A stretch of DNA of 64,000 nucleotides from positions 2,816,001 to 2,880,000 of the forward strand of contig OZ245817.1 of assembly GCA_965228475.1 (NCBI GenBank), written 5' to 3'. Origin of the DNA: Myxococcota bacterium (GTDB lineage Bacteria; Myxococcota_A; UBA9160; JAFDDA01). Position numbers and translations under genes: made by a program. Below are positions 19,501-28,121 of the stretch, in pieces; within the stretch, counting starts at the first letter, position 1; every line of letters begins with the position of its first letter. Below the pieces are notes generated by a model. The model did no database searches and had not been told where the DNA came from. It was given only the letters and a program-made list of their open reading frames with translations.

Positions 19501-20808
19501 GCCGTCGTTGCGCCACATCCGCATCGGGTCGGGATCGAAACGGGCGTAGACGCTCCGTTGCGGCTCGGGGAGGATCGGGAACTCGACGCCGTTGGTCATC
19601 GCGAGGTCGAGGTCCGCGTCGTTGTCGAAGTCGAAGAACGCGGCGCCCCAACCCCAGTAGCCGTCGCGTACGCCCGCTTCGTCGGTGGCGTCCTCGAACA
19701 GCCGGCCCCCGAGGTTCCGGTAGAGCCGGTTCCCGGTGTAGCCCCAGTTGCACTGCTGACCGGGCTGATCGCAGGTCTCGTCCGGGTCGAAGATCGACGT
19801 CACGAACCAGTCGAGGTCGCCGTCCCCGTCGTAGTCCCCGAAGGTCGAGCCCATCCCGTTCTCGTCGGTGCCGACGCCGGCCGCCACGGTCCCGTCGCTG
19901 AAGGTTCCATCGCCGTCGTTCCAGAACAGGCGGCTCGTCCCGAAGTCCGCGGCGACGGCCAGGTCGAGCCAGCCGTCGCCATCGAGATCGACGAAGGCCG
20001 GGGCGAAGCCGAAGGTCTCGCAGGTCGACGCGGCCGCGCAGGCCGGGTCCGGGTCGATCCGCACGCCGGCGGCGTCCGTCACGTCCTCGAAGTGGCCGGG
20101 AGCCAGGACGCCCCGGTTGCGCAGCAGCCGGCCGTGGGGCTCCTCGAGCTCGTCGGTGGCCCAGTCCGTCGTGTAGAGGTCGACGAAGCCGTCGCGGTCG
20201 TAGTCTCCGACGGCGACGCTGAACCCGCCCCGGTTCTCGTCGGAGGCGACCGCCGCCCCGCGCACGACGGCCTCCTCGGTGAAGTGTCCGCTGCCGTCGT
20301 TGATGAACAGGTAGAAGCAGCTGTTGACCGGATCCGTGGCCAGTCCGACCACGAGCACGTACAGATCCGGGTCGCCGTCGTTGTCGACGTCGGCGAAGTT
20401 CGCGCCGTTCGATTGCAGGTCGAACCCCGAGAGCCCCGCCGTCGTGGTGAAGTCCTCGAAGGTCCCGTCGCCACGGTTGCGGAAGAGCAGGTCCGGAGCG
20501 TCGAGGCGGGTCACGTAGAGGTCCGGCCAGCCGTCGCCATCGACGTCGGCCGTGGCGGCGCCCCCGCTCAGGCGCTCGGTCTCGCAGCTGAAGGGGCTCG
20601 GAAAGGTCAGGCACTCCGATTCCGGGTTCGCCGGGTCGAACTGGACGTAGCCCCCGAGGCCGGCCGCGTCCGTGACGTCCGTGAACCCGGCCTGGGCGCT
20701 CGATGCCAGGAAGACGACGAGGGTCGCCGCAGCCCATGCGCGGACGAGTCGGCCCCCGGCCGAGCGGCACGGTCGGAGAGTCCCGGATCCAGCTACATCG
20801 CGTCCCAT
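16522..20808 (-). CDS. Secreted multidomain protein: FG-GAP/ASPIC-UnbV + thrombospondin type-3 repeats + vanadium-dependent haloperoxidase + C-terminal anchor (start uncertain, 20808-20883)
   Basis: DxDxDG FG-GAP repeats; DNCP..NP.QED repeats; KGWYDYVRP, PPFAGFPSGHS, SRIWGGIHP motifs; tail CGLGGEVAPLLSLILVMRNRRRR. Confidence 0.88.
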   Translation of the reverse strand: MGRDVAGSGTLRPCRSAGGRLVRAWAAATLVVFLASSAQAGFTDVTDAAGLGGYVQFDPANPESECLTFPSPFSCETERLSGGAATADVDGDGWPDLYVTRLDAPDLLFRNRGDGTFEDFTTTAGLSGFDLQSNGANFADVDNDGDPDLYVLVVGLATDPVNSCFYLFINDGSGHFTEEAVVRGAAVASDENRGGFSVAVGDYDRDGFVDLYTTDWATDELEEPHGRLLRNRGVLAPGHFEDVTDAAGVRIDPDPACAAASTCETFGFAPAFVDLDGDGWLDLAVAADFGTSRLFWNDGDGTFSDGTVAAGVGTDENGMGSTFGDYDGDGDLDWFVTSIFDPDETCDQPGQQCNWGYTGNRLYRNLGGRLFEDATDEAGVRDGYWGWGAAFFDFDNDADLDLAMTNGVEFPILPEPQRSVYARFDPDPMRMWRNDGPGAMPEVSAGLGLTDLGSGKGLLTFDYDRDGDLDLFVANNAATGVLYRNDEDGGNEWLRVRIAGGPGFNADGIGAVVTLQADPGGPVQVRHVGASSHFLGESERTLHFGLGDHPGPIHQLTATWPGLGTAIFGTVAVNQEIVLVPPVGQPDGDGDGLSDADEAVLGTNPAAADSDGDGLSDGQEIGSVASPRDSDGDGTIDALDADDDGDGVPTRDEDANGNGNPADDDADGDGTPDYLEVDADADGIDDADDNCPGHGNPGQEDANVDGIGDVCQPDDADGDGWPNTEDNCPVVANPLQEDADLDGIGDACEDDRSVARQWNEELLNAIRRDFARPTVHARNLFHVSAAMWDAWAAYATTPAQVLHEERSVAADVPAARARTISYAAYRILSARFAASPGASFSQISFDARMTQLGYDPSYTATSGGADPAAELGNRIAEAVLAFGLADGSNEQGGYANQYYEPSNPPLIVTLPGNPGILFPNLWQPLALDFFIDQSGNPIPGGTPPFLSPEWGQVVPFSLAAEDATVFSRGGFDYWVYHDPGPPPLLGTPTAEDYLDGFEMVALWSSHLDPADGVMWDISPASNGNAPLPEPDEWRTYYDFEQGWDWGTGHAMNPATGLPYEPQVVPRADYARVLAEFWADGPDSETPPGHWFAIANYVSDNLAEKRIGGRGPLLDDLEWDVKLYLALGGTMHDVAVAVWGMKGWYDYVRPVSALRAMAERGQRSDPGLPRYDAEGFELRPGFIELVTVASSAPGERHEHLAEHVNEIAILAWRGPGFIVDPELDVAGVDWILAKDWWPYQRPSFVSPPFAGFPSGHSAYSRAAAMVLDSLTGSPYFPGGYGEFEAPKDAFLVFEDGPSVPLKLQYATYYDASDQTSLSRIWGGIHPPQDDIVSRHIGARIAFDALLHVTEIFTPPPPPQCADGVDNDLDGLVDFGQDPDCASPEDDNEWPMNCGLGGEVAPLLSLILVMRNRRRRGGVPGATSRAPARS
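18560..19050 (-). repeat. Coding Asp-rich Ca-binding (TSP3-like) repeats
   Basis: Repeated DxDGDG and DNCP units in translation. Confidence 0.8.
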
Positions 20809-20948
20809 GCTCAGCCCCAGCGCTCCAGCTCCCATGCTACTCCAGCCTCGGACGCAACCGATGCGCAGAAGGATCGTCGGCAACCCGGGCCTACGGCTGC
20901 GGCGCGGAGAGCCTGCACGCGGCTCGATCCATCCGGTAGGATCCGCCC

Positions 20949-21998
20949 GTGCGAACCCTCTGGATCCTCCTCGCCCTCGCCGGAGTCCTCTTCGGCCTGT
21001 GGCTCGCGCCGGTCGCCCACGACGCCTGGCACGTGTTCAGGGATCCGGGCGTCGCTGCCTGGGACCCCTACGGCGCGCCCAACCCGATCCATCGTGCCGA
21101 GTACCCGGGCGCCGTGGTCGGCGACCGATTCTTCGTGTTCGGCGGATTCACCGGAACGGAGCTCGCGGCGAGCTACCGGGTGGACGTCTACGACCCGGCG
21201 GCCGACCGCTGGGACTCCGCGGCGGACCTTCCGACCAACGTCACCCACAACATGACGGCCGTCGTCGGGGACGACGTGTGGCTCGTCGGGGGCTACGTCG
21301 GCGACAACCCCGGCGTGGTGACGGCGGAAACCTGGATCCTCGACACGCGCGCCGAGACCTGGCGCACGGGGCCTCCCCTGCCCTCGGCCCGCGCTGGGGG
21401 TGCGCTCGTGAAGCACGGCGACCGGCTCCACTACTTCGGCGGGTTCGTCGACCGGCAGAACGTGAGTGGCGACCACTGGGCGCTGGATCTCTCGGACGGG
21501 GACGCCCGCTGGGAGCCTCGGGCCGCCCTGCCCGAGCCACGGGGCCACCTCTCCGGCGCTTCCCTCGGCGGGCTCGTCTACGGGATCGGCGGTCAGTTCG
21601 GCCACGACGATTGGCTTCGCGACGTGCCCTACGTGCACGTCTACGACCCGGCGAACGATACCTGGCGGGAGGTCGCGAGCCTGCCGCGCGGCCGCTCCCA
21701 CTTCGAGTGGGCCACGGTGGTGGTCGACGGCCGGATCGTGATCCTCGGCGGGCGGAGCGTCTGGCAGCGAAGCCTCTTCCCTCCCGACGTCGGCGGGCGC
21801 GAGACCGCCGTGCCCGACGTCAGCGCCTACGACCCCGAGCGCGACGAATGGTTCGAGCTGCCCGGGCTCCGCTTCGGCATCCAGGGCGCAGCCGCGGGCA
21901 TCGTCGGCGACACGCTCGTTCTGACGGGCGGGAGCGCCAGCCTCGCGGCCCACCTCCTCGACGACACCTACCGGCTCACGCTCCCGCTCTGGGAGTGA
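20949..21998 (+). CDS. Kelch-repeat beta-propeller protein with N-terminal TM/signal
   Basis: Repeated FVFGG/LVGG/YFGG...YDP..D.W...LP motifs. Confidence 0.88.
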   Translation: MRTLWILLALAGVLFGLWLAPVAHDAWHVFRDPGVAAWDPYGAPNPIHRAEYPGAVVGDRFFVFGGFTGTELAASYRVDVYDPAADRWDSAADLPTNVTHNMTAVVGDDVWLVGGYVGDNPGVVTAETWILDTRAETWRTGPPLPSARAGGALVKHGDRLHYFGGFVDRQNVSGDHWALDLSDGDARWEPRAALPEPRGHLSGASLGGLVYGIGGQFGHDDWLRDVPYVHVYDPANDTWREVASLPRGRSHFEWATVVVDGRIVILGGRSVWQRSLFPPDVGGRETAVPDVSAYDPERDEWFELPGLRFGIQGAAAGIVGDTLVLTGGSASLAAHLLDDTYRLTLPLWE

Positions 21999-22016
21999 GC
22001 GCCCGCGCAGGGCCCG

Positions 22017-23042
22017 CTACCGCTTGAAGAACTTCTCCTTGGCCATGCCCGCAGCCACGGTCGCCAGATTCGCAAGGGTCGTGAAGTTCCAACTCTGGAT
22101 GAGGTAGCTGATCGTCGGCTCCGGGTTCTTTCCCCAGTAGTCGCGCCCGCCGTCGGTGCCCTGGACGGTCGACTCGTACTCGACGTTCAGCAGATCGGTG
22201 TCGGCCCAGTGCTCGTGGATGCGGCCCCACGGATCCTTCCAATAGTCGTAGATCTGCCCGCCGAGCCGGTGACGGCCGATGCCCCAGACGTGCTTGTAGG
22301 CGCCGTCGGCCGCCAGGTGCTCGTGGCCGACCATCACGTCGTCGAAGTTCTGGACCTCGAAGGAGACGTGCTGGAGGCGCTCGATGCCGTCCATGCAGAA
22401 CTGGAAGCCGACCGTGTGGTGGTCCGTGTACTCGAGCCCCTTGTCGAGGCGGGTGAACAGCATGCCGTCGGCGCCCGAGGGCTGGACGACCTTGTCCGTG
22501 CGCAGCAGGCCGAAGTGCTTCCAGTACCAGAGGTAGGCCTCCTCGATCCGCTCGGTCTCGATCACGAGGTGCCCGATCCGCTTCACCGTCGCGGCGCCGC
22601 GCTTCACGTCCGCGAACCGGCCGACCCGGTTCTGCTGACCGTCGACGTTCAGGGGAAGCGACTTCCCGGCATCGATGGGCTCGAGCGCCTCCATCCCGAA
22701 GACCGCCTCGACGGTCATGCCGTGGGGGTCGGTGAGGCGCACGGCGTGGCCCCCGCCCGGCTCGTCGAGCTTCTCGACGGGCGTGGCTCCGGCCTCGCGA
22801 TGCAGCCGCTCGAGATCGTCGAGGCTGTTCATGTGGAAGGCGATGCTGCGGCAGTCGGGTTCGCCTTCGTGGAGGATGTAGACGTGGTGGGGGGAGTCCG
22901 TGCCCCGCGCGTAGAGCGTGTCCGGCGTGCGGGCGCTCACGATCAGGCCGAAGTCCTCGAGGAACTTCTCGCCCTTCGCGAGGTCCGGGGCTTGCATCCG
23001 TACGTAGGCGAGATCCTTGGCGCGGGTGATCGGTTCGTCCAT
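22017..23042 (-). CDS. VOC-family extradiol dioxygenase-like protein (trihydroxytoluene oxygenase-like)
   Basis: RIGHLVI, DHHT, QHVSFEV, HVWGIGRH..G.QIYDYWKDPWG..HEHWAD. Confidence 0.82.
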   Translation of the reverse strand: MDEPITRAKDLAYVRMQAPDLAKGEKFLEDFGLIVSARTPDTLYARGTDSPHHVYILHEGEPDCRSIAFHMNSLDDLERLHREAGATPVEKLDEPGGGHAVRLTDPHGMTVEAVFGMEALEPIDAGKSLPLNVDGQQNRVGRFADVKRGAATVKRIGHLVIETERIEEAYLWYWKHFGLLRTDKVVQPSGADGMLFTRLDKGLEYTDHHTVGFQFCMDGIERLQHVSFEVQNFDDVMVGHEHLAADGAYKHVWGIGRHRLGGQIYDYWKDPWGRIHEHWADTDLLNVEYESTVQGTDGGRDYWGKNPEPTISYLIQSWNFTTLANLATVAAGMAKEKFFKR

Positions 23043-23059
23043 GGGGTTCTCCTGTCCGT

Positions 23060-24034
23060 TCACGAGAGGGGGTTGGCGGGTGCGGCGACGACGCGGTTGC
23101 GCAGGACGCCGAGGTCGATCGCGCCGTCGTCGGTCCGCACCGAAGCTTCGATTTCGTCCCCGGCCCGCAGGCAGCGGGGGTTCCGCGCGGCGACGCGCCG
23201 CACGAGCTGCTGTCGGCGCAGCGGGGAGACGGCCCGCGCGAGGAGGGCCAACGGCTTCGCGGGCGCCTGCAGGGCGCAGCCGCCGGGCGTTCCCGTGGCC
23301 AGCAGATCCCCGGCCTGCCAGTCCTGCAACGCCGAGAACTCCGTCAGCGTGGCCGGTGGGCGATGCACCATGTCGCTGGCGAGCGAGTTCTGGCGGACCT
23401 CGCCGTTGACGGAGAGCTCGAGCCGGAGCTCGGCGAAACGGCGAAGCTCCGCGGCGTCGACGAGCACGAGGTAGGGCCCGACCGGGCCGAAGGTCCGATA
23501 GCTCTTGCCCTTGTAGAACTGCCCCTCGGGAAGCTGCACGTCGCGGGCGCTGACGTCGTTCAACACGACCAGACCGCCGACGTAGTCCGCGAGGTTCGCC
23601 TCCGTGACCTCCTCGGGCCCGTCGACGTCGCGCGAGAAGACCAGACCGATCTCGACCTCGTAGTCGAGGAACTCGACGTGGCTCGGGACCACGACGTCCG
23701 CGGTCGCCGAGGCCAGGCACGAGGACGCCTTGCGGAAGAAGATGTTGAAGGGGTTCGTCGCCGGGTCGAAGCCCGACTCCCGGAGGTGGGAGTGGTAGTT
23801 GATCGCCTGGCACAGGAACTGACGGTCGGTCGTGATCGGGCACAGGGCCTCGACCTCGGAGAGCGCCACTTCGGGCCCGAGCGCTGCACTTCCGCTGCGG
23901 ACGCGCGGCGCGGCCTCGAGCATGAACTCCCGGGTCGTCGCATAGTCGCCCTCGATCGGGGCGACGCGCTCGCCCCGGACGACGCCCCAAACGGACCGGC
24001 CGTCGGCTTCGTATCGAATCACCTGGATGGCCAT
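23060..24034 (-). CDS. Fumarylacetoacetate hydrolase family protein
   Basis: NYHSH, FFRKASS, LDYEVEIG, NDVSARDVQ, GKSYRTFGPVGP, TGTPGG. Confidence 0.92.
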   Translation of the reverse strand: MAIQVIRYEADGRSVWGVVRGERVAPIEGDYATTREFMLEAAPRVRSGSAALGPEVALSEVEALCPITTDRQFLCQAINYHSHLRESGFDPATNPFNIFFRKASSCLASATADVVVPSHVEFLDYEVEIGLVFSRDVDGPEEVTEANLADYVGGLVVLNDVSARDVQLPEGQFYKGKSYRTFGPVGPYLVLVDAAELRRFAELRLELSVNGEVRQNSLASDMVHRPPATLTEFSALQDWQAGDLLATGTPGGCALQAPAKPLALLARAVSPLRRQQLVRRVAARNPRCLRAGDEIEASVRTDDGAIDLGVLRNRVVAAPANPLS

Positions 24035-24035
24035 C

Positions 24036-25700
24036 TCAACCCTCCAGAATGGTGGCGACGGCGCGGGAGAGCGCCGGGCCCGGGTCGTTCGGGATCTCGG
24101 TGGCCCGCCAGGCGACGTGCTGATCGGGCCGGACGAGCAAGGCGCCCCCCGGCTCGACGCCACAGGTGCGCGCCCAGGCCACCCGCTCGTCGCCCACACG
24201 AACCTGTGAACAGGGCACCGCGCCGAGCCCCCCGACCGCTTCGGCCCAGCGCTCGTGGTCGCCGAAGCTGAAGAGCGTGAAGCCCTTCGCCGTGACCTCG
24301 TCGAGCGTCGAACGTCCGTCGCCGCCCTCGCCGACCCACGCGTGGGGCAGCCGGGCGCCGGGGTGCCCCGAAGGCTCGTACTCGCGCGGGGAATCGAGCG
24401 CCGGCGGCGTGCTGCCCTCGAGGGCCAGGGCGCCGCGGTCGTAGACGTACCCGAGCTGGAGCCCGAGCATGTCGAAGTGCTCGGCCTGCTCCTCGACGGC
24501 CGCCTCGACGGCCTTTCGGCCCTCGGGGTCAGCGAGCGTCGCGGCCATGCGCTGCGTCGTCGGCTCCGCATCGATGCCGAGCGCCTGGGCCAGGAGCACC
24601 ATCTTCAAGGCGTTGCGCAGGCTCTGGTTGGCGTTGTTCTGGGCGACGGGGATCCGCTCCTCGGCGTAGGTCTCGAGCAGCCGCGCCGGCGCCCAGCCAT
24701 CCTCGACCGCCCCGATCTTCCAGGCGAGGTTGTGGGCGTCCTGGAAGCCCGAGTTGAGGCCGAGACCGCCCGTCGGCGGGAAGCGATGGGCGGCATCGCC
24801 CGCGAGGAAGATGCGGCCCTCCCCCATGCCGTCGGCGACCTGGGCGCTCATGTGCCACGTCCCCGAGTGGAGGATCTCGATCGGCACCTCCTCGCCGAGG
24901 GCGCGGTGGACGAGGGAGCGGCAGCGCGCCTCGTCGTAGTCGGCCTCGGACTCCTGCTCGGGGTCGTAGTCGTGCATGTAGACCCACTCGCGGTCGATGT
25001 CGTGCGCGATGAAGGCGCCGCCCGCCTCCGGATCCACGATGAAGTGCAAGACCCCGAGCCGGTCCCTCACGAGCTCGCGCAGGTTCGCGCCGAAGTGGAT
25101 CATCAGGAAGCTCTGGATGCGCGGGGGGCCCTGCATCTCGATGCCGAGCGACCTGCGCACGCGGCTCCCCGCACCGTCGGCGGCGATCACGTAGCGGCTG
25201 CGGACCTCGTGGACCTCGCCGCTCGCGAGATCGCGCACCTTCGAGGTCACGCCCTCGGCGTCCTGCTCGCTCTCCTCCCACTGCCAGCCGTAGCGGAGCT
25301 CCACGTTCGGAAGCTTGCGCACGGCGTCGGCGAGGATCGGCTCGAAGCGATGCTGCGAAAGGTTGCGCAGCGGGGTCGGCGTGTAGCGGAGGCACTCCTC
25401 CCCCTGCCGCTCGAAGGGCAGATGGCCGATCTCCTCGCCCGCGAGCCGCGTGACGAAGCGGACGTGGCCCGCGTCCTCCGGGTTCTTGCAGGCGGCGTCG
25501 ATGGCCTCCATGTCGAGCCCCGCCTGGCGGCAGATCTCGAAGGAGCGCGCATTGACCACGTGGGCCGCCGGCGCGGTCTGGGGCCCGTCCCTGCGCTCGA
25601 CGACGAGGCAGCGGCGCCCCTGCTTCGCGAGCAGGATCGCCTGGATCATCCCGACCGGGCCGGCGCCGACGATGAGAAACGGTGAGTCGTGATTCGACAT
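24036..25700 (-). CDS. FAD-dependent aromatic monooxygenase (phenol/chlorophenol hydroxylase-like)
   Basis: GAGPVG, ADGAGS, GDAAHRFPPTGGLGLNSG.QDAHNLAWK, LVRPDQHVAWR. Confidence 0.9.
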   Translation of the reverse strand: MSNHDSPFLIVGAGPVGMIQAILLAKQGRRCLVVERRDGPQTAPAAHVVNARSFEICRQAGLDMEAIDAACKNPEDAGHVRFVTRLAGEEIGHLPFERQGEECLRYTPTPLRNLSQHRFEPILADAVRKLPNVELRYGWQWEESEQDAEGVTSKVRDLASGEVHEVRSRYVIAADGAGSRVRRSLGIEMQGPPRIQSFLMIHFGANLRELVRDRLGVLHFIVDPEAGGAFIAHDIDREWVYMHDYDPEQESEADYDEARCRSLVHRALGEEVPIEILHSGTWHMSAQVADGMGEGRIFLAGDAAHRFPPTGGLGLNSGFQDAHNLAWKIGAVEDGWAPARLLETYAEERIPVAQNNANQSLRNALKMVLLAQALGIDAEPTTQRMAATLADPEGRKAVEAAVEEQAEHFDMLGLQLGYVYDRGALALEGSTPPALDSPREYEPSGHPGARLPHAWVGEGGDGRSTLDEVTAKGFTLFSFGDHERWAEAVGGLGAVPCSQVRVGDERVAWARTCGVEPGGALLVRPDQHVAWRATEIPNDPGPALSRAVATILEG

Positions 25701-25709
25701 GGGGTCTCC

Positions 25710-26489
25710 CTAGATCAGGCCGGCGTAACTGCCGCCGTCGAGCTGGAGGTTCTGTCCGGAGATGAAGCCGGCCTGGGCGCTCGCGAGGAACGCGCACGCA
25801 TCGCCGAACTCTTCCGGGCGGCCGAGCCGGCCCGCGGCGATCGACTTCTTCATTTCGTCGTAGGCCTGCTCGATCGAGACGCCGCCGAGCTTCGCCCGCA
25901 GCTCGGCCATCCCGCGCTGGCGCGCCGTATCGATGCGCTCCGGGAGCAGGTTGTTGATCGTGACGTTCGCGTGGGCCACGTCTCGCGAGAGCGCCTTGCT
26001 GACCGAAGTCAGACCCGTCCGCGCGCCGGTCGAGAGGCCCATGGGCGAGATCGGCGTCTTCACCATGGCCGAGGTGATGTTCACGATGCGGCCGAAGCGG
26101 CGCTCGACCATGCCCTCGAGGACCGCGCGGATCATCGCCAGGGGGGCGAGCATGTTGGCGTCGAGGGCGTCGATCCAGGCGTCGCGGTCCCAATCGGCGA
26201 AGCGGCCCGGGGACGGGCCGCCGTTGTTGTTCACGAGGATGTCCGGAGCGGGGCACGCCTCGAGCAATGCCGCCCGCGTCTCCTCCTGCGCGATGTCCCC
26301 GGCCACGAAGCCGACCTCGACGCCGTGCTCCTTGACGATCGCGCCCGCCGTCTCTTCCAGCGTGGCGGCGTCGCGGCCGTTCAGGGTCGGGTGGACGCCC
26401 TCGCGAGCGAGCGCCTCGGCGCAGGCGCGCCCGAGGCCCCGGCTCGAGGCGCAGACGATGGCCTTGCGGCCGCGAATTCCGAGTTCCAT
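25710..26489 (-). CDS. Short-chain dehydrogenase/reductase (atypical)
   Basis: ASSRGLG, NNNGGP, GQNLQLDGG. Confidence 0.88.
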   Translation of the reverse strand: MELGIRGRKAIVCASSRGLGRACAEALAREGVHPTLNGRDAATLEETAGAIVKEHGVEVGFVAGDIAQEETRAALLEACPAPDILVNNNGGPSPGRFADWDRDAWIDALDANMLAPLAMIRAVLEGMVERRFGRIVNITSAMVKTPISPMGLSTGARTGLTSVSKALSRDVAHANVTINNLLPERIDTARQRGMAELRAKLGGVSIEQAYDEMKKSIAAGRLGRPEEFGDACAFLASAQAGFISGQNLQLDGGSYAGLI

Positions 26490-26517
26490 GGGGATGCTCT
26501 CCTGGAAAGAGTCGGGT

Positions 26518-27363
26518 TCAGCCCAGCCGCGCGGCGGCGGCGCGCAGCAGGCGCTGCACCGGGTAGCGTTCGGGATCCTGGTCGCGCCGTTCCGCCAGCA
26601 CGCCGACGCCCATCTCGATCTCGCGCCCGACCTCCTTGCGCAGCTCGAAGCACGCGTCGCGGTCCTCGTGCCGGCCAGCCCAGGCCGTCGTGTCGATGGG
26701 CTCCGCGAAACGGAAGTACTGGCGCTCGAGGCGGGGCAGCCCGAAGGGGCCCTTCCCGAGCGAGAGAGACGGGATCGCTTCCCCGCCCCGGAACCAGGCC
26801 TGTTCGGTGATGCCGAGCCGCCGGAGCAGCGAGCCGACGGGGGAATCGAGCACGTGGTCGACGTCGAGGAACACCTCGAACATGTCGTCGACGCCGAGCG
26901 AAGTGAACGGCACGATCGGCACGCCGTACTCGATCGCCATGCGCGCGAAGCCGATGCGCTCCTTCCAGATCAGCTTGTACTCCTCGCCCCGCCGCCGGTT
27001 CACTTCGCGCCCGCCGCCGGGGAAGACCATCACGGCGTGCCCTTCGCGGAAGAGCTGCGCGCAGTTCTCGCGGGAGCCCACGACCGCGCCCATGCGCGAG
27101 AGGAGCCCCCGCCAGCCGGGGATCTGGTAGTGCAGCGTGTCAGCCAGGCCGCGGATGTGGCGACCCGTGCCCTCGTAGATCGAGAGGCCGAGCATGGCCG
27201 CGTCGAGCCCGCCGTAGATGGTGTGGTTGCCGACGAAGAGGACCGGGCCCGCCTTCGGGACGTTCTCGAGGCCGAGCGCCACGGGGCTCAGGAGTTGGCG
27301 CAGGGGTGCGAGCGCCCGCTGGTACGCCTCGAGGGAGATCGGTTCGAACGGGGGGACGGCCAT
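26518..27363 (-). CDS. Lysophospholipid/PlsC-like (DGAT2-like) acyltransferase
   Basis: VGNHT...D, VFPGGGRE, GFARMA...VPIVP. Confidence 0.85.
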   Translation of the reverse strand: MAVPPFEPISLEAYQRALAPLRQLLSPVALGLENVPKAGPVLFVGNHTIYGGLDAAMLGLSIYEGTGRHIRGLADTLHYQIPGWRGLLSRMGAVVGSRENCAQLFREGHAVMVFPGGGREVNRRRGEEYKLIWKERIGFARMAIEYGVPIVPFTSLGVDDMFEVFLDVDHVLDSPVGSLLRRLGITEQAWFRGGEAIPSLSLGKGPFGLPRLERQYFRFAEPIDTTAWAGRHEDRDACFELRKEVGREIEMGVGVLAERRDQDPERYPVQRLLRAAAARLG

Positions 27364-27413
27364 CGGTCTCTCCTTCCCAGCATCCGCGCTGGTGATGGGC
27401 AGGAAACCCCAAA

Positions 27414-27446
27414 ATGAGGATATTGTCAATATTGAAATTACCCTCA
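27414..27446. promoter_or_regulatory. Putative TetR operator pair / divergent promoter
   Basis: AT-rich TGAGGATATTGTCA and TGAAATTACCCTCA; central palindrome ATATTG-T-CAATAT; lies between divergent genes. Confidence 0.55.
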
Positions 27447-27467
27447 AATCTGGGCTAGAGTCACCCC

Positions 27468-28106
27468 ATGGCATCAGGAACCGAAGAACCCCGGACCCGG
27501 GGGCATCGAAAACGGGAGAAGACCCGGCGCCAGCTCATGGCCGCCGGCCTGCGGGCCCTGGCCGAGAAGGGCGAGGGGTTCACCGTGAGCGACGTCGTGG
27601 CCGAGGCCGACGTCTCGAACGGCACCTTCTACAACTACTTCGTCGACCGCGACGAGCTGCTCGATGCCCTGACCGAGCAGCTGGCGCTCTCGCTCGCCAC
27701 GGCCACGGCCGGCGAGGCGATCGCGGACCCGGCCCGCCGGTTCGCCCGCGGCTCGGCGCGCATGATCCAGGCCGCCGTCGCCGACGACGTTTTCGCGCGC
27801 GTCCTCCTGCGGCTGGTCGGGCGCCCGGGCGCATCGGTCTCCATCGACCGCTACCTGCGCGAAGACCTCGCCGAGGGCCTCGCCAAGGGCCGCTTCGACG
27901 TCGGGCCGGAGGATGCGGCGCTCGACCAGGTCGCCGGCCTGATCGTGCTCACCATCCGCCGCATCGTCGAAGGCCGCGCGCAGTCGGACGCCCCGGCCCG
28001 CGCCGTCGAGCGCGCGCTCCGCGCCGTGGGCGTGGCACCGGGCGAAGCCACGGAACTCGCGGAAGAGGCCGTCGCCGCCGCCGGGAAGGAAACCCTGCGC
28101 GGCTAG
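27468..28106 (+). CDS. TetR/AcrR family regulator
   Basis: HTH TVSDVVAEADVSNGTFYNYF. Confidence 0.92.
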   Translation: MASGTEEPRTRGHRKREKTRRQLMAAGLRALAEKGEGFTVSDVVAEADVSNGTFYNYFVDRDELLDALTEQLALSLATATAGEAIADPARRFARGSARMIQAAVADDVFARVLLRLVGRPGASVSIDRYLREDLAEGLAKGRFDVGPEDAALDQVAGLIVLTIRRIVEGRAQSDAPARAVERALRAVGVAPGEATELAEEAVAAAGKETLRG

Positions 28107-28121
28107 GTGCCGCGGCCGGCC

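Noticed and set aside
8454..21255. Very long antisense/alternate-frame ORFs (8454-11600, 16457-20770, 16771-21255)
   Set aside because: Shadow ORFs typical of high-GC DNA; Arg/Pro-rich or mirror translations with no motifs, overlapping well-supported genes.
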